Below are positions 56,041 to 64,000 of a stretch of DNA of 64,000 nucleotides, one piece after another (positions within the stretch are counted from its first letter, which is position 1; every line of letters starts with the position of its first letter). The DNA is from Terriglobia bacterium. GTDB lineage: Bacteria > Acidobacteriota > Terriglobia > JAJPHL01 > JAPKYU01. The stretch is taken from assembly GCA_965206645.1 (NCBI GenBank), contig CBDBKE010000004.1, positions 256,001 to 320,000 on the forward strand. Direction: 5' to 3'. The notes beneath the pieces were generated by a model. The model searched no databases. It saw only the letters and a program-made list of their open reading frames with translations, and was not told the DNA's origin. The position numbers and the translations under genes were made by a program.

Positions 56041-56259
56041 CGTTTTGGCCCTTTCCGTGCTGCGTCGCATGCCCACCCAGGGAATATCCAGCTCCACACT
56101 CCAGCCCACCCATCTCAGCGGCTTGCGCGAGAGGTAGATGTTTTCGACCAACACGGCCAGCAGCGAAAGGTGAGATATTTACCTCTTTTTGCTCCCTGGA
56201 GTCAACGCGGCGTTCCATGGAAGAGCGCGGGAGGAGAACTTTGACTGGCGTAGCGAGGA

Positions 56260-56425
56260 ACTGGTGGCCCAGGCGGAAGGTGTCGGCGGAACATCACCTG
56301 GGAGAACTAACTCGCAAGTCGGCTTCATCATTACGAACATGGCTACGAACATGGTTACGAACATGACCCTGCCGAGTCGGTCGGCCGTGCGATTCTACAA
56401 CAAGAGAGGGACAGCAGAGCAGTCA
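56260..56425 (+). pseudogene. IS1380-family transposase remnant
   Basis: EHHLGEL / VGFIITNM...TLPSRSAVRFYNKRGTAEQ matches the IS1380 DDE segment. It is frameshifted, carries a 12-bp triplication (56332-56367) and is truncated on both sides. Confidence 0.75.
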
Positions 56426-56525
56426 GGGAACCGGGTCGGGATGTACCCGATGCGGGTCCTGGCGACAAGAATTGTATCGACAGTGCGAAGGGCGTATATT
56501 CATGCTGGAATAAAGTTGCAATCGA

Positions 56526-59500
56526 ATGGCTGGCGCACTAAGAACAGGCGAACGGCTTTCCACAGCGATCTTGATCGCGGCTGTTGCCATCTCCGTCGGG
56601 ATTCAAAACTCTGGGCGGCACGTCCGGGCGCAAGGGACACCGGATTCTGCTTCGCCTAGCCTGGGTTCTGCTTCGTCCAGCAAGGTCGACTTCGCCAGGG
56701 AGATTCTGCCCATATTCGAAAAGTCTTGTTATTCCTGCCACGGGCCGAAGCAGCAAATGCACGGACTTCGGCTGGACTCGAAAAAGCTGGCCCTCGCTGG
56801 AGGGCATTCGGGAAAGGTGATCTATCCCTACAAAGCAACGGAAAGCCCGCTCTACCGGCGTGTGGCGGGAATTGGCGACGAGCCTCGGATGCCCATGGGT
56901 GGTGAGCCTCTCGCCCAACAGCAGATTGCGCTCATCCGAGCCTGGATCGATCAGGGAGCTAACTGGCCGGAGAGCGTGGGCCCGGAAGTGGCGGAGATCG
57001 AGAAACACTGGGCCTATGTCCCGCCGAAGCGGCCCCCGCTGCCAAAGGTCAGTCGTCGGGACTGGGCCGCCAACTCCATTGATTCCTTCGTCCTGGCGCG
57101 CCTTGAAAAAGAGGGCTTGGCCCCCTCTGCGGTGGCGGACCCGGTAACGCTGCTGCGCCGGCTGAGTCTTGATCTCATTGGTCTGCCGCCTACGATCGAG
57201 GAGGTCGACGCCTTTCTAAAGGACACGAGCGAGAACGCATACCAGATACAGGTCGAGCGGCTCTTATCGTCGCCTCACTACGGCGAACGTTGGGGGCAGC
57301 ACTGGCTGGATGCGGCCCGGTATGCCGACTCAAACGGCTACGAGAAAGACCTGCAACGCCAAGTCTGGTTCTACCGGGACTGGGTGATCGAGGCCTTCAA
57401 TCGCGATCTTCCCTACAACCAGTTCATCATCGAGCAGTTGGCGGGAGATTTACTCCCGAGCGCGACGCAGGACCAGATTGTGGCGACGGGGTTTCTGCGC
57501 AATTCGATGATTAACGAGGAAGGCGGCGTGGACCCGGAGCAGTTCCGGATGGAAGCCATGTACGATCGCATGGATGCCATCGGCAAAAGCATCCTGGGCA
57601 TCACCATCCAATGCGCGCAGTGCCACGATCACAAATACGACCCGCTCACCCAGGAAGAGTATTACCGGATGTTCGCGTTTCTGAACAACTCCCACGAGGC
57701 GAAAATCACGGTGTACAACACGGAGGAGCAAATGAAGCGGGCGGAACTTCTCCGGCAGATCCGTGAAATTGAAGCCGACCTCCAGCACCGGCGTCCGGAC
57801 TGGCAGCAGCAGATGGCGAAATGGGAACAGGAGGTGAAGGACGATCAAACGAAGTGGATCGTCCTCAGGCCGGAAGTCGAAGACATCTCTACCGGCGGGC
57901 AAAAATATCTGCCGCTCAAGGACGGCTCCCTTCTCGCTCAGGGCTATGCTCCCACCAAGCACCGCGTGAAGATGGCCGTGAAGACCGACGTCCAAGACAT
58001 CGCAGCATTTCGGCTGGAACTGCTTAATGATCCCGACCTGCCACTTGGCGGACCGGGGCGCTCTATCAAGGGAACCGCCGCACTGACCGAGTTCGAGGTG
58101 GAGGTTGCTCCGGCCAACGCGCCCGACAAGGTTACCAAGGTCAAAATGGCCAAAGCGACCGCGGACATCGCGCTGCCTGAAGCGCCTTTGGAGTCGATCT
58201 TCTTTGACAAGAAAAACAAGGGTCGCATCACCGGTCCGATCCAGTTTGCCATCGACAATTGCGACGACACGGCCTGGGGCATCGATGCGGGCCCCGGACT
58301 CCGCAATCAACCGCGCAAGGCCGTTTTTACGGTCGAAACGCCTATTGCGAATCCCGCGGGGACAATCCTTACCTTTTATTTGAATCAGAAACACGGCGGC
58401 GGGAACCCCAACTACAACCAGAACCACAATCTCGGCCGGATCCGGCTTTCGATGACCACCGCAGCCGGAGCGGTTGCTGATCCGCTGCCGAAAAGCGTGC
58501 GCGACATCCTTTCTATCCCGCGTGATCAACGCACACCCTCGCAGAACGAGACCGGTTTTCGTTACTGGCGCACGACCGTGCCCGAGTGGGAGGAGAAAAA
58601 TGCGAGGATCGCGGCGTTGTGGCGACAGCATCCCGAAGGCTCTACGCAACTGGTGCTCCAAGCCCGTAAGGACGCACGCAAAACGCACGTACTGACGCGC
58701 GGCGATTTTCTCAAACCAGGCAAGCCGGTCGGTCCGGGCGTGCCGTCCTTCCTCCAGGCAATGCCGGAAGGGGCACCGCTGACACGAGGGGGCTTCGCCA
58801 AGTGGTTGGTGGACCGCAACTCGCCGACCACAGCCCGAGCCCTGGTTAACCGCATCTGGCAGACCTATTTCGGCGTTGGGTTGGTCAGCACCAGCGAGGA
58901 CCTGGGACGGCAAAGTGAGACCCCCTCTCATCCGGAGCTGCTGGACTGGCTGGCAGTCGAGTTCATGGAGCGCGGCTGGAGCTTGAAGGCGATGCACCGG
59001 CTCATTGTGACTTCGGCGACGTACCGGCAGTCGTCCCGGGCAGCGCCGGACCTCTATGCGCGCGATCCTTATAATCGCCTGCTGGCTCGCGGACCGCGGT
59101 TCCGGGTGGAAGCCGAGATTGTGCGCGACATTGCCTTAGCCGCCAGCGGTCTGCTGAACTCCAAGATCGGCGGGCCCAGTGTCTATCCGCCTGCCCCTGA
59201 GTTTCTCTTTGTCCCGCCGGCGAGCTTCTCCCCGAAGAGTTGGCCTGAAGCAAAAGGGGAAGACCGGTACCGCCGCGCCTTCTACACGTTCCGCTACCGC
59301 TCCGTTCTCTATCCGGTGCTGCAGACCTTTGACGCGCCAAACGGGGACAGCTCCTGCGTTCGCCGCGCCCGTTCCAATACGCCGCTGCAGGCGCTGACAA
59401 CTCTGAACGAGCCGCTGTTCGTGGAGTCTGCTCGCGCGCTGGCGTTGCGAACGCTCCGTGAGGGTGGCGAGACGGATCCCGAGCGCCTGACCTACGCCTT

Positions 59501-59735
59501 CCGCCGCTGCCTGGCCAGAAAACCGAACCAACAGGAAGCCGCTGAGCTGCTCTCTCTGCTGAACAAGCAAACCGAGCGTCTTTCCGATGGATGGTTAAGC
59601 GCGTGGGATTTGGCGGGTTACGACTCGACGCAGCGGCCGCAGCTCCCGAAGAACGCTACTCCCGGCCAGCTCGCCGCATGGACGGCCATCTGTCGTGTCT
59701 TGTTGAATCTGGATGAAACCATCACCAAAGAATGA
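56526..59735 (+). CDS. Planctomycete cytochrome c / PSD1 (DUF1549-DUF1553) protein
   Basis: [64 protein letters not shown] and TPLQAL motifs. Confidence 0.93.
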   Translation: MAGALRTGERLSTAILIAAVAISVGIQNSGRHVRAQGTPDSASPSLGSASSSKVDFAREILPIFEKSCYSCHGPKQQMHGLRLDSKKLALAGGHSGKVIYPYKATESPLYRRVAGIGDEPRMPMGGEPLAQQQIALIRAWIDQGANWPESVGPEVAEIEKHWAYVPPKRPPLPKVSRRDWAANSIDSFVLARLEKEGLAPSAVADPVTLLRRLSLDLIGLPPTIEEVDAFLKDTSENAYQIQVERLLSSPHYGERWGQHWLDAARYADSNGYEKDLQRQVWFYRDWVIEAFNRDLPYNQFIIEQLAGDLLPSATQDQIVATGFLRNSMINEEGGVDPEQFRMEAMYDRMDAIGKSILGITIQCAQCHDHKYDPLTQEEYYRMFAFLNNSHEAKITVYNTEEQMKRAELLRQIREIEADLQHRRPDWQQQMAKWEQEVKDDQTKWIVLRPEVEDISTGGQKYLPLKDGSLLAQGYAPTKHRVKMAVKTDVQDIAAFRLELLNDPDLPLGGPGRSIKGTAALTEFEVEVAPANAPDKVTKVKMAKATADIALPEAPLESIFFDKKNKGRITGPIQFAIDNCDDTAWGIDAGPGLRNQPRKAVFTVETPIANPAGTILTFYLNQKHGGGNPNYNQNHNLGRIRLSMTTAAGAVADPLPKSVRDILSIPRDQRTPSQNETGFRYWRTTVPEWEEKNARIAALWRQHPEGSTQLVLQARKDARKTHVLTRGDFLKPGKPVGPGVPSFLQAMPEGAPLTRGGFAKWLVDRNSPTTARALVNRIWQTYFGVGLVSTSEDLGRQSETPSHPELLDWLAVEFMERGWSLKAMHRLIVTSATYRQSSRAAPDLYARDPYNRLLARGPRFRVEAEIVRDIALAASGLLNSKIGGPSVYPPAPEFLFVPPASFSPKSWPEAKGEDRYRRAFYTFRYRSVLYPVLQTFDAPNGDSSCVRRARSNTPLQALTTLNEPLFVESARALALRTLREGGETDPERLTYAFRRCLARKPNQQEAAELLSLLNKQTERLSDGWLSAWDLAGYDSTQRPQLPKNATPGQLAAWTAICRVLLNLDETITKE

Positions 59736-59748
59736 GAGCCTTCTAGCC

Positions 59749-61197
59749 ATGAACTGCCAGGATCGTGTTTATCGAAACCGAGACCCCAGGTTAGTTAGTC
59801 GGCGCTGGTTCTTTGAACAGTGCAGCGTCGGGCTGGGTGCAGTGGCCCTCGGGCAGTTGTTAGGAATTTCCGGCTTTGCAGCGCCAGCCAGCCTGGCGGC
59901 GACCCATCCGCTGGCACCGAAAAAGCCGCATTACGCGCCCAAGGCCAAGAACATCATCTTTCTCTTCATGGCCGGAGCGCCGAGCCACCTGGAGCTTTTT
60001 GACTACAAACCCCAATTGGCCAAGTTCGACGGAACGCTGCCGCCTCCGGAGCTGCTTGAAGGCTACCGGGCCGCTTTCATAAACCCAAGCTCCAGGTTGC
60101 TCGGGCCTAAATTCAAGTTTGCCAAATATGGCCAATCCGGTGCGGAACTCTCTGAGTTGCTGCCTCATCTGACCAAGGTCGTCGATGACATTGCCATCGT
60201 GAAATCGGTGGTGACCGACGCGTTCAATCACGCACCCGGTCAACTCCTAATGAATACCGGATCGCAGCAGTTCGGACGGCCCAGCATGGGTGCATGGGTC
60301 ACCTATGGGTTAGGCAGTGAATCGAAGGACTTGCCGGCCTTTGTCGTGTTTAGCTCCGGCAAGAACGGACCGAGCTGCGGCAATTCCTGTTGGGGTAGCG
60401 GCTTTCTTCCCACTGTTTATCAAGGCGTCCCGTTCCGCGGCAGCGGCGACCCGGTTCTCTATCTTTCGAATCCCGAGGGCGTGGACCAGGAGCTGCAGGA
60501 GGACTCCGTCCATGCGATCCGCCGCCTCAACCAGATGCGCCTGGACCTGACGGGCGATCCGGAAATCGCCACGCGGATCAACTCCTTCGAAATGGCGTTC
60601 CGCATGCAAAGTAGCGCGCCAGAGTTGATGGACATTTCCCGGGAACCCAAGCACGTCCTCGACAGCTATGGTGCAGAACCAGGCCGGCCTTCGTTCGCCA
60701 ACAACTGCCTGCTGGCCCGGCGCCTCGTAGAACGCGGCGTCCGTTTCGTCCAGCTATATCACGAGGCGTGGGACCAGCACAGTAATCTGGTGAAGGACAT
60801 CAAGCAGAACTGTAAAGACACCGATCAGGCCTGCGCTGCCCTGATTCAAGACCTCAAGCAGCGTGGCATGCTCCAGGATACGCTTGTCATCTGGGGCGGC
60901 GAGTTTGGCCGCACGCCCATGGTACAGCAAGGTCCTGAAGCGGACGGCCGCGACCACCACCCAAACGCGTTCACCATGTGGCTGGCTGGCGGCGGCATCA
61001 AGCCAGGCATGACGCTGGGTGAAAGCGACGAGCTCGGATTCAACGTGGTGAAGGACAAGGTTCATGTGCATGACCTTCACGCGACGATCCTGCATCTTCT
61101 GGGATTCGATCACACCAAAATAACGTATCGTTTCCAAGGACGCGATTTCCGTCTGACAGATGTCCACGGGAACATTGTGAAGGACATTCTCGCTTAG
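59749..61197 (+). CDS. DUF1501 domain protein (Tat-like motif)
   Basis: [52 protein letters not shown] and GRDHH motifs. Confidence 0.93.
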   Translation: MNCQDRVYRNRDPRLVSRRWFFEQCSVGLGAVALGQLLGISGFAAPASLAATHPLAPKKPHYAPKAKNIIFLFMAGAPSHLELFDYKPQLAKFDGTLPPPELLEGYRAAFINPSSRLLGPKFKFAKYGQSGAELSELLPHLTKVVDDIAIVKSVVTDAFNHAPGQLLMNTGSQQFGRPSMGAWVTYGLGSESKDLPAFVVFSSGKNGPSCGNSCWGSGFLPTVYQGVPFRGSGDPVLYLSNPEGVDQELQEDSVHAIRRLNQMRLDLTGDPEIATRINSFEMAFRMQSSAPELMDISREPKHVLDSYGAEPGRPSFANNCLLARRLVERGVRFVQLYHEAWDQHSNLVKDIKQNCKDTDQACAALIQDLKQRGMLQDTLVIWGGEFGRTPMVQQGPEADGRDHHPNAFTMWLAGGGIKPGMTLGESDELGFNVVKDKVHVHDLHATILHLLGFDHTKITYRFQGRDFRLTDVHGNIVKDILA

Positions 61198-61273
61198 CCG
61201 CACTATGGTGAGTTTTGCCGACCCCAGGTCTGGATGTACGCATGCGTGCGGATTCGCTTATAATTGACCAAGT

Positions 61274-61867
61274 ATGCGCATGCGCTTTGTCCTTTTGCTG
61301 TTGTTGGCCATGCTGGCTATGCCGTTGGGTAGCGCCGTCGCAGCGGGCCCGGCCGAGGAGCCGAAGAAGAAGGAAGCTGCCGCACAGGACAGCGCCAAAC
61401 TGGAGCGCTTCCTGCGACGCCAGAACGCATGGCCGGCCTCGTTTCAGGTGAAAGTTGGGCCATTCAAACCGTCACCGGCAGCGGGTGTGTTGGAGACCAC
61501 GGTGGAAGTTTCTCACCCCGGCGGCAAACGGAAGTTCTCATATCTGATCTCGGCCGACGGCGAGTACCTGGTCCAAGGCTCTCTGTCGTCGCTCAACGAA
61601 GACCCGTTCGAAGCCACTCGGGCTAAGATCGCTCTGGAGGATGCGCCAAGCCTTGGTTCTCCCCTAGCGCAGGTGACAGTGGTCGAATACAGCGACTTTC
61701 AATGCAGCTACTGCCGAGCCTCGGCTTCGATCCTGAAAGACCAACTGCTGAAGAAATTCCCCAGCCAGGTGCGCCTGGTCTTCAAGGACTTTCCTCTGCA
61801 GAAGATACATCCCTGGGCGGTGCCGGCGGCGGCGCTGGGCCGTTGTGTTCACAAAAGCGATGCGTGA
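61274..61867 (+). pseudogene. DsbA/thioredoxin-family protein, 3'-truncated by an IS3 element
   Basis: Signal peptide, EYSDFQCSYC and FKDFPL..IHPWA. The stop codon is the TGA of the IS end at 61865; the C-terminal GTP region is missing. Confidence 0.85.
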
Positions 61868-61903
61868 CCAGACCGATTTTTTGTACCAAACCGTAGTGAG
61901 AGT

Positions 61904-62790
61904 TCACATCGAAGCCTGGGGCTGTGAAACTGGTTTCAGTGGCAGGGGAGGGCTATAGGCCCCCGGCGCCGGGGGCCTATAGCCGAGCGCCGAGTGCGGC
62001 CGCACCGTGTTGTATTGCACCCTCCACTGTTCAATCACCACCTGTGCCTCCTTCAACGAGTAGAAGATCTCTCCATTCAGGCATTCGTCCCGCAGCTTCC
62101 CATTGAAACTCTCGCAGTACCCGTTCTCCCAGGGACTGCCCGGTTCGATGTACAGTGTGCCCGGTTCCGGTCCCTAGATTTGCCAACCACTGGCGCAGTT
62201 GTTTGGCGATGAACTCGGGACCATTGTCGGATCGAATCTGTTCCGGTATCCCTCGCCACAACATCACGTCCGACAACGCCTCAATGATTTGTTGGCTGCC
62301 CATCCTCCGCTCCACCCGGATCGCCAGGCATTCCCGCGTGTACTCATCCAGCAAGGTCAGCAGCCGCAGCGTTCTCCCCTCGTGCGTTCTGGCACTCATG
62401 AAGTCGTAGCTCCACACGTGGTTCGGTCGCTCCGGCCTCAGTTGTACACAGGAACCGTCGTTCAGCCACAGCCGTCCTCGCGGCCTTTGTTTTTGCGGCA
62501 CTTTCAGCCCTTCCCGCCGCCAAATCCGCTGCACCCGGTCCTTGCCCACTTCCCAGCCCGCACTCCGCAGCAACGCTGTGATCCTCCGGTAGCCATATCG
62601 CCCGTACTTCGCTCCCAGGGCAATGATCGCTCGGGTCAGAGCATCCTCGTCCACCCGATGAATCGGCTCGTATCGTTGTGTCCCTCGCCATTGCCCCAGC
62701 AGCCGGCAGGCATGCCGTTCCGACAACCCGTGTTGCTCCCACGCACGCTCCACCGCACAACGCCGCCGCTCAGGGCTCAGAAGTTTCCCT
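61904..62790 (-). pseudogene. IS3 transposase OrfB (rve/DDE), broken by a ~7-nt insertion near 62160
   Basis: YGYRRI, WSYDF, DEYTRECL and SDNGPEF in one frame; [28 protein letters not shown]...RPHSALGY in another. G-GGA-AAC slippery site at the orfA/orfB junction (~62785-62791). Confidence 0.85.
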
Positions 62791-63055
62791 GTGCCACATC
62801 CCGCAGCACCTGCTTCTCCAGAGAAAGCTCCGCTACCAACCGCTTCAGCCGCGTGTTTTCCTTCTCCAACTCCTTCAGCCGTTTTGCCTGCACCACCTTC
62901 AGCCCGCCGTATTCCTTCCGCCACCGGTAGTAGGTTTGGGTGTGGATTCCAGCTTCTTTGCAGGCTTGGGGCGCAGTCTTCCCGTTCCCCATCTGCACTT
63001 CTATCTGCCGTAGCACCGCTACAATCTGCTCCGGCTTGTAACTCCTTGTCGGCAT
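62777..63055 (-). CDS. IS3 transposase OrfA (HTH)
   Basis: YKPEQIVAVLRQ, TYYRWRKEYGG and LKELEKENTRLKRLVAEL motifs. Confidence 0.92.
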   Translation of the reverse strand: MPTRSYKPEQIVAVLRQIEVQMGNGKTAPQACKEAGIHTQTYYRWRKEYGGLKVVQAKRLKELEKENTRLKRLVAELSLEKQVLRDVAQGNF

Positions 63056-63123
63056 GACCTCACTTCCTCCTCAAGTGGATTCTCTCTCTTTCCACTTGGT
63101 ACAAAAAGTGCCGGTCAGGTCAA

Positions 63124-63372
63124 GGCGACAGTGACTCTAAACCATTTGCGAGAAATGGAATTCCCTCGATTGACTTTCACTCTGTCACCCAAGACACGCT
63201 ACCGATCCTGCACAGCCGGCGCGACAACCTGTCGGCGATCGTCCTGGAGGACCACTACAATACATATTACCTTCTGGCTGCCTATCTCGCGTTCTTGGAT
63301 CTTGCCTGGAACACCAGCGTGACGAGTGGGGCAGACGCCGCACCCTCGGACGTACCGGGAAGCTCCCCTTAG
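63124..63372 (+). pseudogene. C-terminal fragment of an M28-family peptidase
   Basis: Manual translation GDSDSKPFARNGIPSIDFHSVTQDTLPILHSRRD...YYLLAAYLAFLD begins at the IS end with no start codon. Confidence 0.6.
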
Positions 63373-63599
63373 ATTGATCCCGGAACGCTGGCGGGATTAC
63401 TTCAGCGTAACCAACCTCGCAGTCCTGGGGTAGGTGCTTGCTGCGCTCGCTGCATCCTCTATGGTGTGTGTGAGGCTGCTTCTGGACTACACTACCTACC
63501 AGGCACGGAGCGACCTAATCACCGAGAGAACAAGGGAGTCTCCCAAGACGACGGCTTCCATTCGCCCTGCAGGTGTGCCGTGCGAAAGGAGCGAAAAGA

Positions 63600-64000
63600 A
63601 TGGATCGTCCTGGCATCCACATTGTGGCAGTGGCAGGTAGCGTACGGCCCAGGAATTTCACATCGAAGGCGCTGGCTCTGGTCCTGGATGAGATCCGGCG
63701 GCATCAAGAAGTTACCTTGAACGTGGTTGATCTGACATCCACGGAGCTGCTTGCCCCGGGGAAAGGTTAATCGGCAGACGGCAAGAAGATTCAAAAGCTG
63801 GTATCAGACGCCACGGGACTCGTCCTTGCTACGCCCGAATACCACGGCAGTTACAGCAGCGCGATCAAGCTGTTCATTGAGAATCTTGGATTCCCCTCCA
63901 CCATGGCAGGTAAGCCGGTGGGGTTGCTAGGCGTAGCCGCGGGCCAAATTGGGGCCATCAAGGCTCTGGAGCACCTTCGCAGCGTGTGCTCGCACATCGG
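63600..64000 (+). pseudogene. NADPH-dependent FMN reductase with an internal TAA (63768-63770); runs off the window edge
   Basis: VAGSVR...then, in frame after the TAA, ATPEYHGSYSSAIK, GKPVGLLG and ALEHLR. Confidence 0.8.

Larger units (their letters stand above)
61865..63122 (-). mobile_element. IS3-family insertion sequence (~1258 bp) with an inactivating frameshift
   Basis: Terminal IRs TGACCAGACCG..TTTTTGTACCAA and TTGGTACAAAAA..CCGGTCAGGTCA (5'-TG...CA-3'); orfA/orfB organisation; no target duplication seen. Confidence 0.92.

Noticed and set aside
38882-58997. Long antisense ORFs such as 38882-40075, 45253-46287 and 57450-58997
   Set aside because: They mirror well-supported genes on the opposite strand, which is typical of high-GC codon bias, and carry no motifs.
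61865-61867. TGA in dsbA as a second selenocysteine
   Set aside because: It is the first triplet of the IS3 inverted repeat, not a Cys position.

Overview
GC-rich bacterial chromosomal segment. Gene content and synteny (DUF1844-mazG-GNAT-menC, dapF-pfkB-murB, PSD1/DUF1501 pair, PQQ-like propeller, M28-PDZ) suggest Acidobacteriota; this is an inference. It is mostly core and metabolic DNA: a Qrc/ACIII-like respiratory operon start, transporters, ribF, an OSBS/N-succinylamino-acid racemase locus interrupted by a large lower-GC GH63-like gene, a Tat-exported xanthine-dehydrogenase-family trio, korAB, an elb-like ether-lipid-type cluster, F420 biosynthesis genes, dcd, a sigma54-driven dksA/traR, and an IS3 element at a rearranged junction. 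The most striking unexplained feature is a ~740-nt non-coding region on the minus strand (33464-32723). It has its own near-consensus sigma70 promoter, nested helices pairing its 5' and 3' ends, and about ten GNRA-capped, G-U-rich hairpins: a candidate large structured ncRNA that lacks the landmarks of RNase P, tmRNA and group II introns. Other highlights are a probable selenoprotein (UxxC plus SECIS-like hairpin) missed by the ORF track, a DapF with both catalytic Cys replaced by Ser, two unannotated small membrane ORFs, and a recurrent signature of short tandem duplications. All family assignments come from motif recognition by eye; no searches were run.
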